Assembly (NCBI GenBank): GCA_046758445.1
Contig: JBHIAE010000003.1
Coordinates: 55,379 to 119,378 of the forward strand
Direction: 5' to 3'
DNA: 64,000 bases
Source of the DNA: Candidatus Thorarchaeota archaeon
GTDB taxonomy: Archaea; Asgardarchaeota; Thorarchaeia; Thorarchaeales; Thorarchaeaceae
Shown one piece after another: positions 37,122 through 45,556 of this stretch. The notes under the pieces are model-generated. The model was given only the letters and a program-made list of their open reading frames with translations, had not been told where the DNA came from and did no database searches. A program made the position numbers and the translations under genes. Numbering within the stretch: position 1 is the first letter of the stretch; each line of letters opens with the position of its first letter.

Positions 37122-38841
37122 GCTGGACAGGGTAGTGATTGTTGATGGCTATGTAGATGAGCCCACATGTCTAGGTGTTCCGCCCTACATCAGTCCCTAC
37201 CCAAGATACATAGCTGGTGCAATTTGGACAGAGTCTCCGAGAACAGAGGTCCTCTACCAGACCATAGATGAACTTCGCAAGATGAGAGATCCTCAGCATA
37301 AGTGGGCAGACGCAGACATGCTACTCTTGATTGCTGGAATGATCGTGCCTGGTAAGTACCTCGGCGGCACTCCGATATCAGTCAGGGAGGCGAAGCGTCT
37401 ATTCTCAGATTCAAGGATTGAGGACGTTCCCAAGCTGCTTGTTGGACCCTGGGCACGATTCGGTTGTGGTCTTGAAGGTGGGCGTCTGGCTCTCAGCTCG
37501 GAAATCCTCTCCCCGCCGTTTGACTACATCGTGTCCGGTGATTCTGAGGTGGTCTTGGCTGACATCATGAAGGCGGACGGCGACATCTCCGCAGTGGACA
37601 TTGCCGCGGAGAGAGAAATCTTGGAAGATGTCCAGGAGTATTCAGTGCGTGGAGCACAGTTGATACCGCAGCATCCGGGATACAAGCGAGGGTACATGAT
37701 ATGTGAGATTGAAACGTACAGGGGCTGTCCCCGATATATCACAGGCGGCTGTTCATTCTGCACTGAACCACTCTACGGGCAGCCGAAGCAGAGGAAAGAG
37801 TCTGACATTGCGAAGGAAGTCGAGGCTCTCTATCGTCAAGGTGTCAGAGCATTTCGCATCGGCAATCAGGCAGACCTGTTCACCTACGGATCCAAAGAGA
37901 TAGGTGACGAAGAGTTTCCGAAGCCCAACCCGGCCGCCATTAATGGTCTGTTCAGAAAGATACGCTCAGTTGCGTCACAGGTGCAGGTCCTCCACATAGA
38001 CAATGTGAACCCTGGCACTATAGCTCACCATCCAAATGAGAGTAGAGAAGTGGCCAAGACAATCGTCAAACATCACACTACTGGAGACGTGGCAGCGTTT
38101 GGAGTGGAGTCATTGGATCCCGAAGTGGCCAGACGGAATAACCTGAAGGCTAACGAGGAAGAGGTGATGGATGCAGTCCGCCTCCTTAATGAGATTGGAG
38201 GTCAACGGTCTTCATGGGAGCTACCTCATCTTCTGCCAGGAATCAATCTTCTGTATGGCCTTCCTGGAGAGAGCAATAGAACACTTGAGCACAACATCTC
38301 GTTTCTTGAGCGTCTAGTTGAAGAGAATCTCATCGTGCGCAGGATAAACATCAGGCAGGTGATTGGCTTCGCTGGAACTCGAGTCGGGAGCGAAACATGG
38401 AAGGTCATAAAGAAACACGAGTTCTTCCAACATAAGAAGAGGGTAAGGGAAACAATAGACGTTGAGATGATGAAACGTGTAGCTCCCTATGGCACTGTCA
38501 TTCGCTCTGCATTTCTCGAGGAGCAGAGAGGGAACAATCACCTCTTGCGTCCCTTAGGGACCTACCCGCTACTATGCTACATGCCAGATGGGCGAAGCCC
38601 CGGTGCAGTGACCAATGTCTTCGTCGTTGATCATGGCCCAAGGTCTCTCAGAGCATTACCTTATCCATTCAAGGTTAGAAGGGCCTCTCTGGCACAATGG
38701 AGGGCTGTACCAGGGATAGGTTCCAAGCGGGCGGCACGGATAAAGGCGGTTTCGCCCCCTGATAGCGCACGTGAGCTTGAAACATATCTTGACACACACT
38801 TACCAGAATGGTTCAAACGCACTCTGGATTTCGAGGACTAG
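37072..38841 (+). CDS. Archaeal radical SAM protein with C-terminal HhH (COG1031-like); true start probably near 37123
   Basis: DGYVDEPTCLGVPPYISPYPRY, ETYRGC......CSFCTEP, HIDNVNP, RRINIRQV, VPGIGSKRA. Confidence 0.88.
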   Translation: MLRSRRRAMTTSGSGNELDRVVIVDGYVDEPTCLGVPPYISPYPRYIAGAIWTESPRTEVLYQTIDELRKMRDPQHKWADADMLLLIAGMIVPGKYLGGTPISVREAKRLFSDSRIEDVPKLLVGPWARFGCGLEGGRLALSSEILSPPFDYIVSGDSEVVLADIMKADGDISAVDIAAEREILEDVQEYSVRGAQLIPQHPGYKRGYMICEIETYRGCPRYITGGCSFCTEPLYGQPKQRKESDIAKEVEALYRQGVRAFRIGNQADLFTYGSKEIGDEEFPKPNPAAINGLFRKIRSVASQVQVLHIDNVNPGTIAHHPNESREVAKTIVKHHTTGDVAAFGVESLDPEVARRNNLKANEEEVMDAVRLLNEIGGQRSSWELPHLLPGINLLYGLPGESNRTLEHNISFLERLVEENLIVRRINIRQVIGFAGTRVGSETWKVIKKHEFFQHKKRVRETIDVEMMKRVAPYGTVIRSAFLEEQRGNNHLLRPLGTYPLLCYMPDGRSPGAVTNVFVVDHGPRSLRALPYPFKVRRASLAQWRAVPGIGSKRAARIKAVSPPDSARELETYLDTHLPEWFKRTLDFED

Positions 38842-38876
38842 TTTCTGGAAGTTACGTTGTCTTAGAATGAGTCGCA

Positions 38877-38954
38877 TGGCGGGCCCGGCCGGATTTGAAC
38901 CGGCGATCTCTAACTTAGAAGGCTAGCGCCTTATCCAGGCTAGGCAACGGGCCC
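38877..38954 (-). tRNA. tRNA-Arg(UCU), CCA encoded
   Basis: GGGCCCG/CGGGCCC acceptor; CTAGC-CT-TCT-AA-GTTAG. Confidence 0.95.
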
Positions 38955-39097
38955 ATTCACATTTGGGTCAATTCTGTTCTGACATAAAGCTTTCCGCCCG
39001 GACTCTTGGTTCAGACGCAAGGATGTATGTGATGGCCCGGGAACTCGCCAGAGCTCCCGAACCTGGGGGTGTGTGTGAAACCGGGGCTGTCACCCGT

Positions 39098-39355
39098 TCA
39101 GATTACAAAAGAAGGCGGATACATTACAAAGTACTGGACTACAATTGAGAGTAGAATTCCACTAAAGACCAAGCTTCTGCCTCTCTTCATATTGACTTCT
39201 GTGAACCAGAGTATTGCACCGACGAGGACAACTATCACACCTGACAACCTGCCAATGAAGATGAGAAAGTCCCAGATCTCTGCAAGATACGTGGTTATCA
39301 TGTTCACAAAATCGGTCAAAGGACTCAGTAGCTGGACGTGTTGCACGCGTCTCAC
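39098..39355 (-). CDS. Small two-TM membrane protein (start possibly at MITTY)
   Basis: Two hydrophobic helices separated by basic KRGR. Confidence 0.6.
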   Translation of the reverse strand: MRRVQHVQLLSPLTDFVNMITTYLAEIWDFLIFIGRLSGVIVVLVGAILWFTEVNMKRGRSLVFSGILLSIVVQYFVMYPPSFVI

Positions 39356-39431
39356 CGCTATATCATTCTACATGTGCAATTTAAGGTCCTGAAGAACTAC
39401 AGACAGGGCACGAGCCCAAGCGCGAGGAAGT

Positions 39432-40220
39432 CTATGGTTGTCGTTTCTCCAGACCATCACAGAAGGCCAAGATGTTCTTCCCGAGATCTTGGAAGTTATA
39501 TCCTCCCTCTAGCAGCCCATAACGACGACCCTCACATCTCTCCATAGCGAAATCATGCATGAGCTCTCCAATTCTCTTGAAAGCGCCAGTCGAGAGATTA
39601 GACCCCCAGTCGTCTATATACTGGTCAAACCCGGCTGAGGCAACAATGATGTCGCTATCAGGACTTGCATCGAGTGCCCTCTTCACGTCTGCCAGGTAGT
39701 CCTCGTCACCGTGACCCCGTGGGTTGTGAATCACGAAATCCTTGTCATGTCCTAGGATGTTGATGTTGCCGTCACCGGTATGAAGGTCAAAGTCGAGGAT
39801 GAAGGCCGACTGTATGCGCCCGGTCGCTCTTAGATGGAGTAGAGAAACAGCTACATTATTGAAGTAACAGAAGCCCCAAGAGCTATCCCAGGATGCGTGG
39901 TGTCCCGGTGGGCGAATCAACCCAAAAGCAGGTTGACCCTCAATAGCAATCTCTGCTGTCAGAATCGCTCCCCCTGCGGCGAGTGCTGACATCTCGTACA
40001 ATAGATTCCTGCTTGAGAATCCGCTGTTTCTCTTTATCCTCTCAAGATGGTCGGCCCCATGTGATCGCAAAATCTGTTCTTCTGTTGCTGGGACAGGCTC
40101 AACGAACTGATAGTCAGGGTGCTTCCCAAGAATCTCCACGGCTGTGTCCAGTCGTCCAGGAGCTCCCGCCGGAGTGCCGTCATAAGACTCCTTCATTAAT
40201 GGATGATAGACAATCTTCAC
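39432..40220 (-). CDS. Histone deacetylase / acetoin utilization (HDAC) family protein
   Basis: RPPGHHA, GFCYFNN, LDFDLHTGDG, SAGFD, LEGGY. Confidence 0.93.
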   Translation of the reverse strand: MKIVYHPLMKESYDGTPAGAPGRLDTAVEILGKHPDYQFVEPVPATEEQILRSHGADHLERIKRNSGFSSRNLLYEMSALAAGGAILTAEIAIEGQPAFGLIRPPGHHASWDSSWGFCYFNNVAVSLLHLRATGRIQSAFILDFDLHTGDGNINILGHDKDFVIHNPRGHGDEDYLADVKRALDASPDSDIIVASAGFDQYIDDWGSNLSTGAFKRIGELMHDFAMERCEGRRYGLLEGGYNFQDLGKNILAFCDGLEKRQP

Positions 40221-40285
40221 AGGACATGCTCTGTAACTGGCGGCATATGTTTGTGTGGGTCAGTTATTGGAGAAACAGTGGTGAG

Positions 40286-40308
40286 CGGACGGGCTCGCGA
40301 CCCGTCCG
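40286..40308. terminator. GC-rich hairpin 3' of rpl12 (possible terminator or processing site)
   Basis: CGGACGGG-7nt-CCCGTCCG 8-bp stem. Confidence 0.4.
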
Positions 40309-40349
40309 TTCTCCCGAATGAGGGATGGACTAAATGCTTTGAGTCCACT

Positions 40350-40664
40350 TTAGCCGAAGAGGCTTCCGAGACCGGCCACCTCTTCCTCCTCTTTCTCTTC
40401 TTCCTTCTTCTTTTTCTTCTTCTCCTTAGCGGCAGGTGCTGCCTGAGCAGCGCCGCCAGCTGCGGGTGCTGCAGCAACTGCAACAGGCATTGCTGCACCC
40501 TTCAAAGCCTCATCAATGTCCACGCCCTTCAGGGCCGCAAGAAGTGCCTTGACTCTTCCCTTGTCAGCCTTCACACCTGCTGCGGTGAGCACGGCTTCTA
40601 TATTCTTGGCGTTGACCTTCTGGCCTGCTTTGTGGAGCAGAAGAGCTGAATATACATACTCCAT
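40350..40664 (-). CDS. rpl12: 50S ribosomal stalk protein aP1 (L12p)
   Basis: [11 protein letters not shown], Ala-rich hinge, GLGSLFG. Confidence 0.96.
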   Translation of the reverse strand: MEYVYSALLLHKAGQKVNAKNIEAVLTAAGVKADKGRVKALLAALKGVDIDEALKGAAMPVAVAAAPAAGGAAQAAPAAKEKKKKKKEEEKEEEEVAGLGSLFG

Positions 40665-40685
40665 TTGTTTCTACCTCGCTAGTGT

Positions 40686-41705
40686 CTATTCGAACAGGCC
40701 ACCAAGGCCTGCAACTTCTTCTTCTCCCTCTTCTTCCTCTGGCTCGTCCTGCTGTTCTGATACATCTGTGGTGGTTGCCGCAGATTCAGTTGCAACAATA
40801 GGCTGAACCTGGCTGAGGACTTCCGAGGGTATTGCTTCTGGATCTTTCTCGGAGACTGCTGCTACTATTGCGAATGACTCCGCACTTGCCTTGGCCAAGA
40901 ACTCTCCGAGCAGATCTGGCTCAAAGAAACCGACATCAAGAGCTAGACTTCTAGCTTCAATGTTGGCTTTTGCTACGATTATTGAAATAGTGTCTTCGGT
41001 TGGGAAACCTGTGTTGATTGAGAGGTTCACTGCAAACTGATGACCTACGAAGATCTGTTCTAATAGACCGCCCAAATCGATTTCTAGACCTTCAGATGTT
41101 ATCACAGAACCATCAGCAAAGGCTGCAATAAGCTTCAACTGAAGCTCCATTGGTTCAATTCCCAGCCGCGTAAGCATCTGAGCCATTGCATTTGATATGA
41201 CATCACCGGCCTTCACAGCTACAGTGTCCTCGATTATGTGTATGACCCCGCCTTTCACACGGGACGGAATCTTGAGTCCAGCCAACTCACTTATGAAGGG
41301 GCCTGGAGCAACACCGGTGTTCATCGATGGAACAATGATATCTTTTGGTGCAGTCTGACCACCTTTAGCTGGAGCTGCCGCCTTGTTTTCACTCAGGAAC
41401 TTGGTCAGTACGTAGGGATCTTGATTGCTGAAGATGAACGCAACGGGACCGCCGACATATTCGGTTAGCTGTTTGACGCCCTTCTTCTTTGCATACTCAA
41501 GGGCTCTTATCATGAGCGTGTTTCGAGCCATCTTAATCATAGCAGAGCCTCTGAGACTCTCTCTGATTCCTGCCAGTTGCTTGGCGCCAACACCTTCCAC
41601 ATTTACGAGACCTATCATCTGGCTACCGTCGATCTGCGAAGCCAGTTCCACCACGGCATCGAGCTTCCATTGTGGAATCTTCTTCTCATATACTGACATC
41701 TTCAT
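40686..41705 (-). CDS. rpl10: 50S ribosomal protein uL10/P0
   Basis: IPQWK, RNTL, APAKGG, TGVAPGP, GLGGLF. Confidence 0.96.
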   Translation of the reverse strand: MKMSVYEKKIPQWKLDAVVELASQIDGSQMIGLVNVEGVGAKQLAGIRESLRGSAMIKMARNTLMIRALEYAKKKGVKQLTEYVGGPVAFIFSNQDPYVLTKFLSENKAAAPAKGGQTAPKDIIVPSMNTGVAPGPFISELAGLKIPSRVKGGVIHIIEDTVAVKAGDVISNAMAQMLTRLGIEPMELQLKLIAAFADGSVITSEGLEIDLGGLLEQIFVGHQFAVNLSINTGFPTEDTISIIVAKANIEARSLALDVGFFEPDLLGEFLAKASAESFAIVAAVSEKDPEAIPSEVLSQVQPIVATESAATTTDVSEQQDEPEEEEGEEEVAGLGGLFE

Positions 41706-42367
41706 CCTCTCTCCATTGGCACTGCAATTGACGGTCCCATTGTATTCTTGACTAGAACACTCCCCACACGATCAATCAGGCCTTTGCTGTCCACAAAACT
41801 GAGGACCTCAGCAATATTGTCAGCTATCTCTCTGTCACTCATCTTGACATGACCCACTTTGACATGGAATGTCGGTGTGTTTCTCATCCTTACGCGTACT
41901 GTTCGTTGATATTGGTCAACAACGGGGCCCAAGTCTGCTTGAGGCGGAAATGGTCTTGGCATCTTACCTCTCGGTCCGAGTGCCTGACCTAGGTAGCGAC
42001 CGACTAGAGGCATCGCATCTACAGCGGCTATGAAGAAGTCGAAGCCCTTGGCGAGTGCCTTTCGCTCCTTCTTCTCATCGCCCAGCTTTGGAATCTCTTC
42101 CTTCGAAACAATTCTCTGAACACCGGCCGCCTGTGCCTTCTCAGCAAACTCACCATCGCCAAACGCACAGACTTTCGTAGCAGGATACATTGCGTTGGGA
42201 AGTACAAGCTCCTGATTCAATCTATTCTCAGGCTTGGAAACATCCAGTTCCTTCTTCCTGAAGTTGACTGCCATGTCAAAGCTCTGTTTGAACTTGATCT
42301 TTCTCTTCTTTCCCTTGGCCCTTGCCTCTGCCACGGCTGCTTCGATTGGTTCAATCTTGAATGACAT
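41702..42367 (-). CDS. rpl1: 50S ribosomal protein uL1
   Basis: FKQSFDMAVN, LGQALGPRGKMP, KNTMGP. Confidence 0.96.
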   Translation of the reverse strand: MSFKIEPIEAAVAEARAKGKKRKIKFKQSFDMAVNFRKKELDVSKPENRLNQELVLPNAMYPATKVCAFGDGEFAEKAQAAGVQRIVSKEEIPKLGDEKKERKALAKGFDFFIAAVDAMPLVGRYLGQALGPRGKMPRPFPPQADLGPVVDQYQRTVRVRMRNTPTFHVKVGHVKMSDREIADNIAEVLSFVDSKGLIDRVGSVLVKNTMGPSIAVPMERG

Positions 42368-42370
42368 CGA

Positions 42371-42877
42371 CTAGGCCTCCCTGAGCGGTTCATCCAGTTG
42401 AGTGTCCCAGACGCCTTCCCGGACATCGTTCTGAAACTCCTTTGCCGACTTCTCCTCGATTGTCACTCCCATCGAAACACAGGTTCCTGATACAATTAGT
42501 ACCGCACCCTTCAGGGTAAGTGCCGAGAGATCGGCCGATTTTCCCTTGGCGATGGTCTTCAACTGGTCAATGGTGAGGTTGCCTATGATCTCTGTTTTTG
42601 GCTCCCCCGAACCCTTCGGCTGACCTATCTCCTTGAGGATCAGGGCACTTGTCGGTGGAGTCCCAACTTCAACTTCGAAGGTCTTGTCTAAAGGATTCAC
42701 AGTGATCTTGACTGGAACCTTCAGTCCCACGAATGGCTGGGTCACCTCATTGATCTTTGTGACTACCTGAAAGATGTTGACACCAGTTGGACCAAGAGCT
42801 GGTCCTATCGGTGGTCCTCCTGACGCTTTGCCGCCCTCTACCATTGCGTCAACTACTATGGGTTTTGTTTCACTCAA
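42371..42877 (-). CDS. rpl11: 50S ribosomal protein uL11 (TTG start inferred)
   Basis: VEGGKASGGPPIGPALGP, VGTPPTSAL, GTCVSMGV. Confidence 0.96.
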   Translation of the reverse strand: MSETKPIVVDAMVEGGKASGGPPIGPALGPTGVNIFQVVTKINEVTQPFVGLKVPVKITVNPLDKTFEVEVGTPPTSALILKEIGQPKGSGEPKTEIIGNLTIDQLKTIAKGKSADLSALTLKGAVLIVSGTCVSMGVTIEEKSAKEFQNDVREGVWDTQLDEPLREA

Positions 42878-42882
42878 ACTTG

Positions 42883-43050
42883 CTTCAACTCCTGATGCAG
42901 TGCTCTCGGCATATCTGCGGACACGCCTACTAGTGACGACCTGCTGGCACAATCAGCACTCTGTCCAGCAAGGTCTACTGCATTCATAGTCACTTCTTTC
43001 ACCCCTGACACGACGTCTCGCGTCCATGTCTGATTAAGGAGTTGGAAGTC
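42883..43050 (-). promoter_or_regulatory. Candidate structured 5' leader RNA of the L11-L1-L10-L12 operon
   Basis: Six helices of 6-11 bp, G-U pairs favour the minus strand; TATA-like CCTTAAAA about 20-25 nt upstream; closing helix includes the AGGAG SD. Confidence 0.6.
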
Positions 43051-43076
43051 CCCACGGGCAGAGTGTTTTAAGGCTT

Positions 43077-43343
43077 TTGGAGTGTGAGGAGTCTAGGACT
43101 CGACCAGAGATGAATCAATCTGAGGATGACCATACAGAGGCCTCGGAACTCGATGAGGAAGATGAAGAGCGGCAGCAGGAGTTCGCAATTAGAGCTGTCG
43201 AGATAATCCAGACTGTTGTTGAGGACTTGGATGAGAGAGGAAAGAGAATTTGGCGCAAGATGCTGGGGATTGATCCAGGGCCTCAGTCGTGCGCCCAGAA
43301 AGAGTCGTCGTCCAACTCATCATCATCAAACTCCTCATCCTGA
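43077..43343 (+). CDS. Possible small acidic hypothetical protein, antisense between spt5 and rpl11
   Basis: Helical-looking EFAIRAVEIIQTVVEDLDERGKRIWRKMLG; 3' end overlaps spt5 on the opposite strand. Confidence 0.3.
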   Translation: MECEESRTRPEMNQSEDDHTEASELDEEDEERQQEFAIRAVEIIQTVVEDLDERGKRIWRKMLGIDPGPQSCAQKESSSNSSSSNSSS

Positions 43344-43957
43344 GGAGTCTCTTCAGCCTCGGCCTCTTCTCTATGAGCCTTCTCAACAATCTTGGCAAAG
43401 TCTGCATGCACTCTGATTGGGATTGTGTGAGGACTATCGAGCAATTCGAGGATGAGTTCTTCCTTAGCTGCGTCTACCCTGGCTACCTTAGCACGCTCGC
43501 CCTTGAAAGGACCCGAGATGATCTCCACGACATCTCCCATGGATATGCCTTCTGCCGCGGGCTTGGGAACCAAGAACTTGTCTATCTCCTCAAAGCTCAC
43601 CTTTCCGCCCACGCGCCCTCGCACATGAGGGACGCCGGAGATGGCGATTTCTACATCTCTGAACTCCAGAGTTTCCAAGAATACATAGCCACGAAGGGTC
43701 TCAGGGACAAGGATTGCCTTGACGCGTCCAAGCAGCTGATTCTGAGAAACAAGCTTGGGTTCTCCTGTCTTCTTTCGTTTCTTCTTACAATTATCCATGT
43801 GCTCTTCTGTAGCCTCTCTTGAGGAGAATTGTTCCGAGCAGAATGGACACTCCCAGACATCTGTTTCACCAATTACGGCGGTTGTGATCAAATCGGTTAC
43901 ACCGCGTTCTTGGCCTATTGTGGTCCTGACTGCATAGATGCTGCTTCTTTGTTCCAA
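43283..43957 (-). CDS. spt5: Transcription elongation factor Spt5 (NusG) with inserted CCHC zinc finger and acidic tail
   Basis: IYAVRTTIGQE, LRGYVFLE, KOW GDVVEIISGPFKGERAKV. Confidence 0.95.
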   Translation of the reverse strand: MEQRSSIYAVRTTIGQERGVTDLITTAVIGETDVWECPFCSEQFSSREATEEHMDNCKKKRKKTGEPKLVSQNQLLGRVKAILVPETLRGYVFLETLEFRDVEIAISGVPHVRGRVGGKVSFEEIDKFLVPKPAAEGISMGDVVEIISGPFKGERAKVARVDAAKEELILELLDSPHTIPIRVHADFAKIVEKAHREEAEAEETPQDEEFDDDELDDDSFWAHD

Positions 43958-44506
43958 GTTGGAAGCCCCCTTGATTCAGAGATTAGTCTTGCGTGTCGCA
44001 TAATCGTCCGAAAGTTCTCTCGTTTTCTTGTTAGATTACTGCAGCAACCAAAATTCGCCGACAAAGAAGGCGATTCTTCCGTATGGCTGCCGAGATCGAG
44101 GTCATAGCCGGGCTGATTTAGCGGTCCATGCTTGTGCACTTGGCGTGCAGTCCGTTATGCGGAATGGTGTGGTTAAAAGAATTGTGGAGTGAGATAATGG
44201 GTGGATTGGGAGATTCTATCTGACAAGCATGCTCGCATTTCATATCTTTCCTATGGACGAGTCATTGGACTCCTCACTGGCCCCTCTTTTGACTTCTATC
44301 TGCATTATCACGCTTGGTGTTAGCTTGAGCGTCAGCTCCAGCAGTAGGTGTATCGCCCGACGCGCTCTCGTTTTTCAGGCTTTGTTTCGGGGGATGAATC
44401 ATTCCTAGAATGTTCTAACAAATCGAAACCAAGAGAGAATCAACACTAAGACGACGGGAAGAGATATATACTAAACGACTAAAAGTATAGATGCTCAACA
44501 GGGGAG

Positions 44507-45160
44507 TTGAGAATATTGAGGCCAATGCAAAGTAAGGTGTATATCGGTTTAGTGATTTCCATACTGGTTCTTTTTGCAGTGCCGCAGTTCGCTGTGGCGA
44601 CTACCTACTACGGTGCTGTCAACAATCCCCACCCATGGGCATACACAACGCTTACAGCATCAGGGGGCTCCTACGGGGGACTCATTTATTGTGAGGGCTA
44701 TAAGCTTGATCCATCCCATTGCCACGCTTATGCTACAATCTACATCAGAGTCACCCCTTCTCAAAGTGGGAAGATAGAGATTGGGGTCGATTGGCATCTT
44801 CGAGGCCACATCAGCGCTCTACACATGCTAAGCAAGGCAGAATGGATAGCTTGGTACTACTGGTGTGAACCAGGACACGAACTGTACCCATGGAACCACG
44901 GCGGAGTGAAAAGCGGACCGTTTCGACGAACAGACTGCCACTATGGTGGTTGGTGGACGTGGGAAGGACATATCACTGATGTTTCCCACACGACAAGCGA
45001 GAAGAGGACTCCCAATGAGGCTGTGACTCAAGGAGAAACCATCTCCATTGGAATCTTGATAAAGTTCAGTCTCTTTGGAAGTTCACACATTCAGGATGCG
45101 TACCAGACCAGTGGTTCACTATACGTGGATGTAAACTCGATAGCATACCAATATGCGTAG
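44507..45160 (+). CDS. Secreted hypothetical beta-rich protein
   Basis: Signal peptide-like N-terminus; Trp/Tyr/His/Cys-rich; own terminator. Confidence 0.65.
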   Translation: MRILRPMQSKVYIGLVISILVLFAVPQFAVATTYYGAVNNPHPWAYTTLTASGGSYGGLIYCEGYKLDPSHCHAYATIYIRVTPSQSGKIEIGVDWHLRGHISALHMLSKAEWIAWYYWCEPGHELYPWNHGGVKSGPFRRTDCHYGGWWTWEGHITDVSHTTSEKRTPNEAVTQGETISIGILIKFSLFGSSHIQDAYQTSGSLYVDVNSIAYQYA

Positions 45161-45169
45161 CAGATTAAG

Positions 45170-45207
45170 TGTGGGTTCTTAGCAAGAACCCACATCTCTT
45201 CTTTCTT
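45170..45207 (+). terminator. Hairpin plus pyrimidine tract terminator
   Basis: TGTGGGTTCTT-AGC-AAGAACCCACA 11-bp perfect stem followed by TCTCTTCTTTCTT. Confidence 0.7.
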
Positions 45208-45303
45208 CGAAACCAAAAGGCCGAAGTGCAGCACGGTGGAGGACAGAGGTGTCCCTAGATTGTCAAGCTGGCCCGGCAGCCTTCAAAGTCGTACGATGGT
45301 TCT

Positions 45304-45495
45304 CTAGCTTGTTGGCTGCGTGCCCCAGTCGGCTGTGATTAGGGACATGACTATTTGGATTATGTAGCTGAGCATTCCAACAAGGATCATTCCTAGAATG
45401 GTGATTCTCAAGCTAAGCCAGAGTTCTTTTCTGGCGGGTTTTGTGGCAAGCTTCAGTATCCGTCTGCTCTCTCTGATGAAGTCACCAATACCCAA
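45304..45495 (-). CDS. secE: Protein translocase subunit SecE/Sec61 gamma
   Basis: RILKLATKP..KE, one TM; position between ftsZ and spt5. Confidence 0.93.
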   Translation of the reverse strand: MGIGDFIRESRRILKLATKPARKELWLSLRITILGMILVGMLSYIIQIVMSLITADWGTQPTS

Positions 45496-45556
45496 GTCGT
45501 TCTCACATCCTTGTTCTAGAATGCATCAGCAATCTCAGAATCGACTGCTCTCAGTT

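Noticed and set aside
42878-42952. N-terminal extension of uL11 predicted by the ORF track
   Set aside because: It falls within the structured leader; homology begins at the TTG at 42877, which has an SD upstream
42883-43050. RNase P RNA, group I intron or HDV-like ribozyme as the identity of the rpl11 leader
   Set aside because: Pseudoknot topology is loosely similar, but the GAGGAAAGUCC, P7 GACUA/UAGUC and HDV P3/L3 consensus features are missing
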